Part shown: positions 1 through 59,514 of the stretch, piece by piece | Numbering within the stretch: position 1 is the stretch's first letter | Layout of the letters: every line of letters begins with the position of its first letter | From: Mobula hypostoma | Taxonomy: Eukaryota | NCBI RefSeq assembly: GCF_963921235.1 | Contig: NC_086097.1 | Coordinates: 194,000,001 to 194,064,000, forward strand | Direction of reading: 5' to 3' | Length of the DNA: 64,000 nt | The notes under the pieces: generated by a model | Told to the model about the DNA's origin: nothing | Database searches by the model: none | What the model saw: the letters and a program-made list of their open reading frames with translations, nothing else | Program-made: the position numbers and the translations under genes

Positions 1-1585
1 GCCAGAGGGTCAGCAGTCTCTTCCCTCACCTTGTGGAGCAGCCTGGGGAATATTCTGTCAGGCCCCAGGGACTTATCCGTCCTAATGTATATTAACAACT
101 CCAACACCAACTCTCCCTTAATATCACCATGCTCCAGAGCATCAACCTCACTCATATTGTCCTCACCATCTTCAAATTCCCTCTCATTGGTGAATACCGA
201 AGAGAAGTATTCATTGAGGACCTTGCTCACTTCCACAGCGTCCAGGCACATCTTCGCACCTTTATCTCTAATCGGTCCTACCTTCACTAATGTCATCTTT
301 TTGTTCTTCACATAATTGAAGAATGCCTTGGGGTTTTCCTTTACCCTAATGCTAAGGCTTTCTCATGCCCCCTTCTTGCTCTCCTCAGTCCCTTCTTAAG
401 CTCCTTTCTTGCTACCGTATATTCCTCAATAAACCCATCTGATCCTTGCTTCCTAAACCTCAGGTAACATCATCCCAATTCACACCTGCAAGTTCTAGCC
501 TTATAGCCTCATAATTTGCCCTTCCCCAATTAAAATTAAATTTCCTGTCCTCTCTGATTCTATCCTTTTCCATGATAATGCTAAAGGCCAGGGAACGGTG
601 GTCTCTCAAAAGATGTTTGCCCACTGAGAGATCTGTGACCAGACCCGGTATGTTACCTAATCTAGTATGGCATTCCCCCTAGTCGGCCTGTCAACATACT
701 GTGACAGGAAGCCATCCTGGACACACTTAACAAACTCTGCCCCGTCCAAACCCTTGGATCTAATCAGGTGCCAATCAATATTAGGGAAGTTAAAGTCACC
801 CATGATAACAACCCTGTGATTTTTGCACCTTTCCAAAATCTGCCTCCCAATCTGCTCCTCGGTATCTCTGCTGCTACCAGGAGGCCCATAGAATACTCCC
901 AATAGAGTAACTGCTCCCTTCTTGTTCCTGACTCCCACCCATACTGACTCAAAAGAGGATCCTGCTACATTGCCCACCCTTTCTGTAGCTGTAATAGTAT
1001 CCCTGACTAGTAATGCCACCCCTCCTCCCCTCCCCCCCCCCACATCCCTTTTAAAGCACTGAAATCCAGGAATATTGAGAATCCATTCCTGCCCTGGTGC
1101 CAGCCACTAATGGCCACTACATCATAATTCCATGTATGTATCCAAGCTCTCAGTTCATCACCTTTGTTCCTGATGCTTCTTGCATTGAAGTACACACATT
1201 TCAGTCCTTCTACCTTACTGTCTTTACACCATTTATTCTGCTTCTCTTTCCTCAAAGCCTCTCTATATGTTAGATCTGGCTTTACTCCATGCACTTCTTT
1301 CACTGCTCTATTGCTCTGGGTCCCATCCCCCTTGCAAATTAGTTTAAACCCTCCCGAACCATGCTAGCAAACTTACCTGCAAGGATATTGCTCCCCCTCG
1401 AGTTCAGGTGCAACCCATCCAATCTGTACAGGTCCCGCCCTCCCCAGAAGAGATCCCAATGATCCAAAAATCTAAAACCCTGTCCCCTGCACCAACTCCT
1501 CAGCCACGTATTCAACTGCCATCTCCTCTAATTCTTACCGTCGCTATCACGTAGCACTGGCAGCAATCCTGAGAACACCACACTT
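1..1585 (-). mobile_element. CR1-clade LINE fragment (end of ORF1 plus ORF2 APE endonuclease), frameshifted
   Basis: LKCVYFNARSIRNK, GGGVALLVRD, VIMGDFNFPNIDW and PTRGNAILD in ORFs 1007-1303 and 657-1043. Confidence 0.9.
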
Positions 1586-2890
1586 GACACATTTGACAAA
1601 CTGTATCCCATCTAATCCTTTTACACTTTGGGAGTCCCAGTCAATATGTTGAAAGTTAAATCACCTATTAGAACAATCTTTTGCTTCTCACAACAGTCTG
1701 CGAACTCTGTACCAATTTGTTCCTCTAAATACCACGGACTGTTGGGTGATCTATAATATAACCTCATTAACATTGTTATACCTTATTCCTCAGTTCCACC
1801 CATACAGCCTTACTAGATGAGTTCTCCATTTTGTCTGACTGAGCACTGCCTTCACATTTTCCCTGACTACTAACGCCACTTCTTCCCTTTTAATCCCTCC
1901 CTCTTAATCCCTCCCTCTGTCGTGTATAAAGCAATAGAACCCCGGAATATTGAGCTGCCAGTCCCACCCCTCCTGCAACCAAGTCTTACTAATGGCTACA
2001 ATATCATAATTCCATGTGTTGTTCCAAGTCCTGAGCTCATTTACCTTTCCTACAATAATGTTTGCATTGAGATATACGTAACTCAGAACATTAGTCCCAC
2101 CATACTCAACCTTTTGATTCCTGACTTTGTTTGAGGTTGTAACAACATCTGCCTCCGCAACCCCTCCACTAATTGTTCTGGCACAATAGTTCCCATCCAC
2201 CTGCTACTCTAGTTTGAACATTCCCATGCAGCACAAGTGAACCTTCCCACTAGGATACTAGTCCGCTTGCAGTTCAAATACAAACTGTCCCTTCTCCACG
2301 GGTCCCACCTTCCTTGGAAGAGAGCCCAATGATCCAAAAATCTGATACCCTCCCTCCTACGCTATCTTTTTAGCCACATGGTAGATCTTCCTATTTCTGG
2401 CCTCTGTAGCACATGGCATGGGTAACAATCCTGAGATCACAACCCTGGAGGTCCTGTCCTGTCCTTTGCCCCTAACTCATTTGAACTAATTTTGTAGAAC
2501 CTTGTCCCTCTTCCTACCTATGTCGCAGGTACCTACATGGACCACGACCTCTGGCTGCTTGCTCTCCTACTCAAGAATGCTGAAGACTCAATCTGAGATG
2601 TCCCAGACCCTGGAACATACCATTGGGAAATTTTGTTCTCGTCCACAGAGTTCCTGATTCTCACATTCTCCTGAGTCCTGCACCTTGAGTGTAACTACCT
2701 TTCTAAATGTCCTATCTATAACCTGCTGAGCTTCCTGAATGACCTGCAGTTCATCCAGTTCCAACTCCAACTCCTAATGTGGTATATTAGAAGTTGCAGC
2801 TGGATGCACTTCTTGCAGGTCAAGTTGTCAGGGGTACTGGCGATCTCACTGCCTTCTCATAGCTTGCAAGAGGAGTATTCAACTATCCTA
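1586..2890 (-). mobile_element. Second CR1 LINE fragment (ORF1 remnant plus APE start)
   Basis: YLNANIIVGKVNELRTW...YDIVAISKTWL (1904-2200) and ORF1-like LELDELQVIQEAQQVIDRTFRKVVT (2588-2770). Confidence 0.8.
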
Positions 2891-3411
2891 CCTGGCATTC
2901 GTACTGTTCTAAACTGAAGCAATAAGTAAACTAGGCTGGGGTGTGGGGTTGGATGGGGGAGGAATCTAGCTACAGCTTTTCAGTTCCGCTCACTCAAGCT
3001 TCTCCATGCTGAAACCTCAGAGCTAAGGCCTCAAATAACCACTCTAACACTGTCCACTCCAACAAAGGCTGCTCCACTTGCCCCAACTTGCTTTTATTTG
3101 CTCTTGCCCATCAATCCCAATCACTGGTTGCTGTTCAAACACCAAACTGCTGTGAATCAGTGCCTTATGTACTCAATTACCGAACCTGAGTGAACTACAT
3201 CTTCTCTTGTTTCCACTCACTGATTGGCCGCTGCTCAAACTTAAGTCATTGATCATGAAAGAGGTAGTAGCAGTTTGTGTAGATTTGGGTTAAAGGCTCC
3301 TTATTTCTTTTAATTTGAGACTACTTGCTAAAATATTTTCAGATGTAATTTCTAGTCTGCAATTGAGAATATTCTGCATTGTGAACAGGCTGTCAATTTT
3401 GATTTAATTAG

Positions 3412-49663
<46,252 letters not shown>

Positions 49664-52600
49664 GTATTGGCATTCATCCAACTTCTGTCAAAGAAACTCC
49701 TAGTACTGTACAACAAATCTGATAAGAATTTTTTTTTTACGTACTGATTCAACTGTTGTAGAAGCATGTTAATACCAGCACTATTCTCAGGAATATAGCC
49801 AAGTGTTCATTTGACCAGTTGGTTGCAGCAGAAGGAAAACCATGATTTTAGTCATGAGCATTGCACATACTGTTAGTACTTTACTCTCATCCTTCCAGTT
49901 GCTACTTCAAGTAACTTTTTAACTAAACAGCTTGGTTTAGATTAGAAATTATGCAATATATTGAAAATGACTATTTTTAATACCAAGAAAATGGGATCAA
50001 TCCATTGGAATTTAACAATGTCCAGTTACATTTTGTAGCAACAATCAGAATCATGTTGCAAAACCTCATGTTATTTGGTGCTGCTTCACCTGTGGTGTAA
50101 ATGAATGCCAATTTTGTATTTGTTTTCAATGATAAAAAATTGCACTTTCATACTATAAATCAGATATAAGTGATTCCTGAACATTCAAATGGATGAAAAA
50201 GTCTGTGTGCAACCTGACATTTACTAGCCATTGACTGTGTGTGTAGACAGACTACCTGTAAGTTTTATGTATTTTATAACCAGTTGCCATATACATTATC
50301 TATCTCTCATGAATGCCTTCAATTGATAAAATGTTTGCCAGAGTAGAAAAAATGTTTTACATTGAGGCATTTCACAGTACAAGAGATTCTTTCTGTGAAA
50401 GATATAGATTAGTGTTATGAAAACACATGGAAAGATAATCTTTACAGTTCTTAAATTGAATATAGTGAAAGATAAATATCTAATAATCATATTTCATAGA
50501 GCAACTGTTCTTCACTTTATTCGTGCCAGAAATATTTCCATTTTTTTTTCAAAGGGCAAGAAATTTTGAATTTTATTTTAATCACCTATCCTATAGAAAT
50601 TTTAGGGAGCCTTTTTGTAATCAGTTATAATCCTGGTAATTGGTTTACAGAATTTTTTCACATCTGTGCATTCTGATGAGGCTAGTAAATTAGCATGTCT
50701 TAATGTAAAAGCTATACAGAAATTATGTTGATATTCAATGTTATGTTTCTGAGCATAAATGATATTTGCACAATAGCAAGAATCTAAGGAATTGAAATGT
50801 TGATTTTGTTTTTGTATGATCATTGATAACCAGAGCACAGTTGCAACGTACAGCTAGAATTTCAGTGATTGTATTAGAAAATGTGTCAGTATTATACAGC
50901 AGAATGTGTAGCATTGTACACATGTATAACATCTTGCTGAGACATTAAATACAGAGCCATGGAATAAATAACATAAGAAACCTTATTTCTGTGTGATCTG
51001 GACTATTCAGGTAGCAGAAAATGAGACAATCACCAGATAATTTGAGAAGGTAGTTTTGTTTCATAGTAGTTTGAAACTGAGCGTTTATATCGAGTAGCAC
51101 GGGTCCCTTGCTCATTTGTATTACAATGTTGGGGTTGGGAAGCTTAACCAAAATATTTTGGTAATACATTTTTCCAAAATCTCAATCTTCCAGGGAGAAT
51201 ATTGGCAAGGCTTTTAATGCACACATAAGCAGTAATGTATTAACCTAACAAATATAACAGAAATATAAACATTAGAGCAAAAAGAAAGCCTGTTGCATCA
51301 AATAGAATGATCAACAGTATAATTTAGATGAAGTAGTAGAGAGGTAAATATTATTCACCCATGAAAATTACATATATCATTGTGTATTAATTCAGTTATT
51401 TTAATACCGATGAAGTATAGGCACAATGGTAAAAATAAAATTGTATATTTTACAAAAAGTGTTAATCAGTCTATAATGGTGAAAAGGATAAACAACATTA
51501 ATAAAACAGTAATCTATCCTCACTGGTGACAATACTTGAGACCAGATCATTCTCTTGATAAGACATGTCAGAAATTCAGCTTCATTCCAAGTGCAAAATA
51601 CTTCTCCCAATGTTGTTTCCATTTTTGGAGGTGGGGAGGGGGCTTGTTTCCATATGTGCTCTGTGTCCACACCTGCTATCATCCACCCATCTTACAGTAA
51701 TCATACATTGTTTTTATTAGCAAATGTGCTTCAATGTTTTTAATAATTGCAAATAAAAATTAACAATTGATTTCTTAAAATTAGTTATACTAGGTTAACT
51801 CATAGGGCAACATTAATGTAGATTTCCCTGGGCTTAAAGCTTCATCTTTTCTAAAACTGGAAGAATTGATTGATCATACAAAATTATTTTAAAAAGGGCT
51901 GGAAATACTCAACTGGTCAAAACAACTCCTCTAGAGCAAAGGTTCTCCAAGACAGTGTCAGACTTGAGTACTCTGGCAGTTTTTTTTTCAGAATTGCAGC
52001 ATCTGCAGTTCCCCCCCCCCCCCTTTTTTAAAGTGGAGGTCTAACTTGAACATTAAAGTGAGATATTCATAATATGGTAAAAAACCTACTCTATCAAAGT
52101 ATCCAATATTGGAACAATAAAATATGATACTGCTAAATAGCAGTAGTGGGAAGGACGTGATTCATTCAGACCTTGCCACAGTTTCTTCTGAATACTTAAG
52201 TGAAAAATCGTATTTAAAGGTTGCCATAAAAATAGATCATCCCAAATTGAAATGGTGAATGAATTTTTATAAATTCTTAAATGCATTGTCTGAAATTAAA
52301 ATTATGTAGTTCCAACAGTGTATAAAAGCATGAAAATGGCATTAGCTATTAAGTTTTAAGTTGCATTAATTTTCAAGTGTCCTCTGAATTAAATACTCTG
52401 GCTTATTTAGAAAAAAAATGGTTAAGTGTTACAATGCTAGATAATTATCTAATTGTATGAATTAATATTCATCTTTTTCCAAAAGACAATTATATTCTTA
52501 TTGTAAACTTGTAAGAAAAATGTTAATTTATTTATAGCAAGTATTATGAAGCTGGCGATGGCTTATAGTCTGAGTTGTGACCCGAGTTCAAGGCGGTTTA

Positions 52601-53781
52601 TATTGTGATTGGTTAATTCTGAATTGCATTCCATCAACCATATTTTCCCACCTTTGACTGTTCATTTTACTTGCACTGTTCAAAGATTTTGCCTAATGGC
52701 TTTGGTTATCCTCCTGGAAATTTTATATTTTGTTAAAAACAAAGCAAATGCCAAAACAAGGAAATAGCTCTCTTTTTTCTATCATCATCATCATCCTCCT
52801 CCCCAAAAAAAAGCAATGTTGTCTCAGCATTTTAGCAAAAAGCACGAGTCATATTCTTGCTTGCAATATGCAGAAACATGTAAATTTTGTTTCATACACT
52901 CTTGTTAAATGTGCAATGTACCATAACATTTTGGATCTTGACGAGGTTTTGATTTTGTTGCTATGCACCCAAGCTGCTTTGAACTGACTTATTCCAAGTA
53001 TAATAAACTACTGTGTCCATTAGCACAAAGCTTGCATATAATAAAGCACAGCTTGTTTAACTTTGTAAATTATTACCTTAAATCTTTGCAGCCATTAATG
53101 CAATTTTATTTTAATCGCTCCAATCAAATTACTCCCAAGAGAACTGTTCATTAGAAAATTGTCATTGGTAGATTTGTGATACCATTCAAATATTAGATTT
53201 AATGCTACCTTAGTTAAAATTTAAGGGTAGGTTTGCAAAAATTATGGGCTATTTTCACTTGATTCAACTGCAGTGAGGGGAAAATCCATGTTTGTTAAAT
53301 TAAAACAAGACATTTAATATGACTGAAAATACCTACGCCAAAATATTTAAAAGGCAATATTGTTGCTATCACATGTATATAGTTTGCTCATTATTAAATA
53401 TGTAAAACAATAATGACCTTTTCTCAGCTGACTGAGCTTGGAATCCAGGACCTTTGACATTCTGGTAAACTTTGTCAACAAGTAAAAATATTTAAAAGTT
53501 GATCTTTAACTCTCCACTGGAATTTTTTTTAGTTAGTGTAATGGAATGTGATCATAATCCTATTATTGAAAAGGTTATTTAAGAGTATCCAATAATAAAA
53601 AACATAAACCAGAAGCTTATCCAGAATTCTAACTTTGTGGATTTAGCCCTTAACATTGAATTGACATTTTATAAAATAGTATTTTTTTTTACTGTCAAAT
53701 TCAGGAATATCCACATCCTTTTCACACACGCCAAGTCATTGTGTGTTTTTAGAGTTTGTATGGCCTGTGCTTTCAAGGTAG
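49664..53781. other. Interval between the two stop codons, holding the convergent 3' UTRs of LPIN2 (+) and EMILIN2 (-)
   Basis: AT-rich 4.1 kb almost free of recognisable TEs. Several AATAAA on + (e.g. 50963, ~51752, ~53002, ~53594) and TTTATT, i.e. AATAAA on - (e.g. ~53105). The polyA sites actually used cannot be determined. Confidence 0.75.
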
Positions 53782-54113
53782 CTAGCTCTGAGGGGATGTT
53801 TCATATAGCAAAGTTCCACTGAAAGCTGAATACATTTCGTCTGTGTTGACCAGTTTACCATCAATCACAATAACACTCACTTCATCTCCAACTTTAAGAT
53901 TCAGAATAAGGGTGAAGGTCCCAACTCCTCCACAAATCTCTCTTCTCACAAAGGGTCTTTGAGATTCCAACAGTTCAATCTGATAGCCAGAAGTGTCCAT
54001 CTGCATGACACTTTGATTAGAAACAGAGAGGATTGCTTCAATGTGTTCATTCCTCTGAGGAGCAAGGACTGCAGTGATCAGGTATTGTCCCTCAAAAGGC
54101 GCTGTAAATATAC
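53782..54113 (-). CDS. EMILIN2: EMILIN-2 terminal exon, C-terminal part of the gC1q domain
   Basis: ttccag|GT ATA TTT ACA...; GIFTAPFEGQYLITAVLAPQRNEHIEAILSVSNQSVMQMDTSGY...CGGVGTFTLILNLKVGDEVSV...DEMYSAFSGTLLY...*. gC1q pattern; convergent with LPIN2 as in human. Confidence 0.93.
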
Positions 54114-55855
54114 CTGGAATAAAGTAAAAGGTAATTCGAATAACCCATGATCAAGAGCATTATACCTGCAAATCACTGAATTGGACATCTCTGATATGCC
54201 TTTTACCAGCATTAGTTTGTAATTTCAGATTCCTCTCATCTATGTGAGCTCCAAGACCTATCTTTTGCTACCTATTTAATGCCATTTTCACCCAGTATTA
54301 CTATGTGATCTTCCAACTCACGCATAGTCTCCACCCCACTTCCTTCTTTGTCCCCTCCAGCTAAGGAATGTAATCAATACAAAATTATTGACGATGTGTT
54401 TCTTTCACTGACTTAAGTATCCAGCATTTATTTAAATATTCTTCAATTTCCATCTCAATTCTGCTAGACACAAATGTGTTCTTGTATAAAAGTTTCATAT
54501 GGTTTTGTACATCATTCCAACATTCAAAAAAGATTGTTTTAAAGGCAGCGAAAGTACTGATTTCTTGGTGTATCTGGACAATGGAAAATCAGTTGCATGG
54601 TTATTAGGGCTTTTAAGAACCCTTTTATTTCAGAGATTATCAAAATTTCTAGCCTGTTGGTGTTTTGTACATGAAATCTGCACCTTGCTTTCCAGAGCTT
54701 TTAAGTCTTTAGATTATGCACATTGGTTAACGAGGTGAACCAGTTTTAGAAAAAAGCCGAACAATTTACATTATTAATAAGTGGGACAAAAATAATTTTT
54801 CTTAACATTCTTTGTTTGCAGTGTTTGTGAAGCTCCTGTTAGATGGTGGTGCATATACGCTCAGGAGCCAACCAAAGGTGCTTTATCTTTTCTAAATGTG
54901 TTTTTGTTCATAGTAGGACTATTCTTGACTCCAATAGCTACTTATACAACAGGTGCACCACATCTGGGAGCTACTCATTGTTTGGTGTAGGTGGCTGGGG
55001 TGTCGTAAGAGCCGGCCAGCAGTTCGGAAAAGGTGAGTCGGCCCATTGGACCAAGAGAGTCCAATCAGTCCAAGCGATTCGTGTCGAGTTGGGCTGAGGG
55101 ATTCAGGTCAGGCAAGGGATTCGAGTTGGGCCATCGAGCCACAGAAAAAACTGGATAAGGTTCAGAAGAGCTGACCTGGGTACGGACCATGTTGCTGCCT
55201 GCTACCCAGAGGCACAGTAGTTGGTGTCTTTGAGTTGGCACAAAGGTGGCATGCAGTGAAACCCTGAGTGACTGTCTTTTGGAATCTCAAGACCCTGTTG
55301 GACATTGAGTGCTGCAGGCCTGTTTCCCTTATTTGATGGTAAGGCAGCAGTGTCACTTCTGTTGTAGTGGCAACTAGACCTCAAGCCCAGGGCTTTTGTT
55401 GTAGCATGGCCTCCAGGCACAGTTAGGGGTGGCCTCTCCTGTCAGATCTGCCTTTCAGTGTTGGAGCAGTGGAATTACAGGCTGGACTGCCAGGTACCAT
55501 CAATTTATAGGTCTTGTCACTCTGGGTCTTGGACCAAAAATGTGTTTTCTTACATGACCATGTTCTTTTTTGCCTTTCTCATTATTTTGAATATGTGTAT
55601 ATGATTTTCCACCCTGGCCTCAGAGGAACACCGTCTAATTTGGCTGTATCCATGTATGTTTTGAATGACAACTAAACTTCATTTGATTTGTGTCAAAATG
55701 AATGGGATGGCTGGCACAAGTCAGTCTGCAAAATCTAACCACATTGCACAATTTTTTTTTGGTAGGTTTAAAGTGGAAAATGGATACTACCTGCACTTAA
55801 TAAATAAAAGGAGGTAGACAGGTAAAGAAAAAAACAAAGATGATTGAACAGTTAC

Positions 55856-55987
55856 CTGTATTTGTATCATAGTGATGTCCATCATTAACTAAAACTTTAT
55901 CGAATCGTATAACCCCTGAATTGCCAATAAATGGTTTTCTGGTCAGGCCCACAGAAAAAGCCACGTGCTTTGGAACAACTGTACTCT
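55856..55987 (-). CDS. EMILIN2: EMILIN-2 penultimate exon, N-terminal part of the gC1q domain
   Basis: ctttcag|AG AGT...ACA G|gtaac; STVVPKHVAFSVGLTRKPFIGNSGVIRFDKVLVNDGHHYDTNTG; ends in phase 1, matching the terminal exon. Confidence 0.92.
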
Positions 55988-57074
55988 CTGAAAGGAAGAA
56001 AGTGTGTGAGACATCTCATAAACAATGCTGTGAATATCTTCTACAGTAGAATTCTATTTCAATTACACTTTGTACAGAACAGTTCTTTGGGGAACATTTC
56101 TAAAATTAAGGTGAAAGTGCAAGGTTCACCTGACTATAGAGTTCCTGGTGTGGGGGAAGTATTACTTGCAGTCATATCATTAGCTTTTTAATAAATTAAT
56201 TATGTCCCCACATTCATGATTTCCTGCACATTACTTCTTGCAGGAAGCTTGCATCTCATGACAAAATAACACAAAGTTAATAGCCCTTAGAGGTAACTGC
56301 AAAATGAAAAACTACAGATGCTGGGAATCAGAAAAACAGGAAATGCTAGAAATATGCAGCAGGTCATGCAATTGTTGCGAAAAGAGAAACAGCTAATATT
56401 TCAGGTTGAAAGCCTTTCATAAGAACCCGGAACAACAGAAAGATAAATACACCTTCGTGCTTATTCAGAACCTATCTTTGAATTGGAAATGGTTGGTAAA
56501 TATGAAAAACTCTGATCTCCCATTGCTTCACATGAAGGTATTCAAATAGAAACTATTCTACATTTTAAAATTAGACCTTGCCATGTCAGTTTACCTAGTT
56601 TTCTTATACAAAGAGTTAATTCCTTTATAAATTAGATAGACCAGAGCATAATAAACAGGAGTAGATGGCAATGTGGAAACCTCAAGCCTGATCTGGCATT
56701 TAGTAAGTTCATACTTGTGCTGTCTGCTTTCTTTGTGTAACCATGTGGGTAGCAAACTGAAACAGGAGCCCAGCAACATTATTGTAAAACAAGGAACTCT
56801 CCAGACTGGTTTGGCAAGCCCCTGCATATAATCGTTCTTAGTCTAAGTTGATCACATGACCTTGTACTTAAGAAGGCAGCAGCCTTAAAGCCGTTCACCC
56901 TTCAAATAGCTAATGTTTAAATAAGTACACTGCAACAACCCACCCTCCACTTTATAAAAGAAAGAAGTTGGCATAGTGATAACAAAAGTGTTAAATTACC
57001 ATGGTGGCAGATTGAGTTAATTTGGATTTGGAGGAACAATTAGTCTCAGTAACGATGACCTAGTGAGAAAAGCA

Positions 57075-58400
57075 TAAGAGATTCTGCAGATGCTGGAAAA
57101 CACACACAAAATACTAGAGGAAACAAAATAATCTGCAGATGCTGGGGAACACGCACAACACACGGGAGGAACTCAGTAGGTCGGGCAGCATCTCTGGAAA
57201 TGATCAGTCAACGTTTTGGGCCAGAACTCTTTGTCAGGACTGTAGAGGGAAGGGGCAGAGGCCCTATAAGGAAGGTGGGGGGAGGGTGGGAAGGAGAAGG
57301 CTGGTAGAGGGTGGGAAGGAGAAGGCTGGTAGGTTCAGTTGAAAAACCAGTAAGGGGAAAGATAAAGGGGTGGGGGAGGGGAAGCAGGGAGGTGATAGGC
57401 AGGAAAGGTGAAGAAGGAATAGGAGAAAACACAATGGGTAGTAGAAGGAGGCAGAACCATGAGGGAGGTAGTAGGCAGCTGGGGGAGGGGGCAGAGTGAA
57501 ATTGGGGAAGGGAGGGGGAGGAAATCACCAGAAGTTGGAGAATTCTATGTTCATACCAAGGGGCTGGACATTACCTAGACGGTATATGAGGTGTTGCTCC
57601 TCCAACCTGAGTTTAGCCTCATCATGGCAGTAGAGGAGGCCATGTTTGGACGTATCTGAATGGGAATGTGAAGCAGAGTTGAAGTGGGTGGCAACCAGGA
57701 GATCCTTTTTGTTGTGGCCGACAGAGTGGACAGAGCAGTCCCTCAATCTGCATTAGGTTTCATCGACGTAGAGGAGGCTGCACCGGGAGCACCGGATGCA
57801 ATAGATGACCCCAACAGACTCACAAGTGAAGTGTTGCCTCACCTGGAAGGACTGTTTGGGGCCCTGAATGGTGGCAAGAGAGGTGGTGTAGGGACAGGTG
57901 TAGCACTTAAGCTTACAGGGATAAGTGCCGGGTGGGAGATCCATGGGGAGGGATGTGTGGACCAGGGAGTCACGGAGGGAACGATCCCTGTGGAAAGAGG
58001 AGAGGGCTGGAGAGGGAAAGATGTGCTTAGTGGTGGGGTCCTGTTGAAGGTGGCGGAAGTTGCAGAGGATAATATGCTGGATCCGGAGGCTGGTGGGGTG
58101 GTAGGTGAGGACAAGGGGAACTCTGTCCCTGTTGTGATGGGAGGACGGGGTGAGGGCCGAAGTGGGGGAAATGGAGATGTGGGTGAGGGCATCATTGATG
58201 ACGGCAGAAGGGAAACCACAATCCTTGAAGAAAGAGGACATTTAAGATGTCCTGGAATGGAAAGCCTCACCCTGGGAGCAGATGCAGTGGAGACGGAGGA
58301 ACTGGGAATGGCAAATACTAGAGGAACTCAGCAAGTTGGGCAGGACCTATGGAGGGGAATAAACAGTTGATGTTTTGGGCTGAGACCCTTCATCAAGACT
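57075..58400 (-). mobile_element. Penelope-like element (Neptune-type) 3' part with Cys-rich linker and GIY-YIG, between two direct terminal repeats
   Basis: RDRVPLVLTYHP...GTYPCKLKCYTCP...FTCESVGVIYCIRCSRCSLLYVDET (57753-58241); VATHFNS..EQHLIYRLG (57525-57746); repeats at ~57145-57242 and ~58310-58400. Confidence 0.9.
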
Positions 58401-58544
58401 AAAAGAGCAGCAGCCAGAATAAGGGGAACAAGTACAAATTGGCAAGTGATAGGTGAGACCAGATGTGGGAGAAGGTGTATGGGTGGGGAAGGAGAGAGGA
58501 AGCAATAAACTGGGAGGGGATGGGAGAAGGGGAACGAGAGGGAG

Positions 58545-59082
58545 ATGGAGTGCAGATCTCCCAGTGGCCACCCACTTCAATTCCACTTCCCATACCCATT
58601 CCGATCTGTGTATCCATGGCCGCCTCCACTGTCATGATGAGGCCACAATTATGTTGGAGGAACACCTTATATTCTGTTTGGGTAACCTCCAACCTGATGG
58701 CACGAACATCGATTTCTCAAACATCTGGTAATGCCCCCCACCCTCCATCTCCTTCAGCATTTCCCATCCCCTTTACCCTCTCTCACTTTATCTCCTTTCC
58801 CACCCATCACCTCCCTCCGGCGATCCTTCCCCTTCTTCTTTCTTCAATGGCCCTCTGTCTCTTTCAACAATCAACTTCCCAGCTCTTTATTTCATCCTTC
58901 CACCTTAAGGTTTCACCTATCACTTTGAGCTTCTCTCTCCCCTCCCCCCAACTTTTAAATGTACTCCTCAGCTTTTTTTTCTCCAGTCCTGACTAAAGAT
59001 TTCTGCCCAAGATGTCGACTGTACTCTTTTCCATAGATGCTGACTGGCCCGCTGAGTCCCTCCAGTATTTTGTGTGTGTTGA
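58545..59082 (+). mobile_element. Penelope-like 3' fragment, inverted relative to the adjacent copy
   Basis: DLPVATHFNSTSH...LEEHLIFCLGNLQPDGTNIDFSN, then a pyrimidine-rich UTR and terminal repeat. Confidence 0.85.
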
Positions 59083-59514
59083 TCAAGAATAGTCTTAGAT
59101 ATTAAGAGAGTCATTGAATATGGGACAATGCAAGACATTGAGGTAAAAGATAAGCCTCCATCCTACTGAATGGCAGAGCCAGTATGTGCAGCTGAATAGC
59201 CTACCTCTACTTCTGTTCCTTAGTTTTTTGGTGGGTAAGGATAGTGGACTTCCTTTCCCTTGTAAAAAAAAACAAGTTGTTGGAGGAACTCAGTGAGTCA
59301 GGCAGTGTCCCACGGAGATAGTCAACATTTCAAGTCAGGACCTTAAATCAGAGACTAGAAACAGTCTTGACCCGAAATAGTGACTATCCCATTGCCTCCA
59401 TGAATGCAGCTTGACATTCAGCCATCTGCTTTTTTGCTTCAGATCTTTGTGTTTGTTCTCCCATAATCTGGTCAATTGTATCAAAATACCAGTTTTTAAA
59501 CAGGATGAAATCAT

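Noticed and set aside
57000..57059. Candidate 60-nt upstream EMILIN2 exon on - (ctag|GTC...ATG|gtaatt; VIVTETNCSSKSKLTQSATM)
   Set aside because: It is phase 0 while the next exon's best acceptor needs phase 1, it has no convincing EMILIN2 similarity, and the plus strand (TAGTCTCAGTAACGATGACC) resembles an old shark SINE. No further EMILIN2 exon could be supported in 56-64 kb.
57684..58370. 228-aa plus-strand ORF
   Set aside because: Antisense shadow of the Penelope GIY-YIG region; no independent protein motif.
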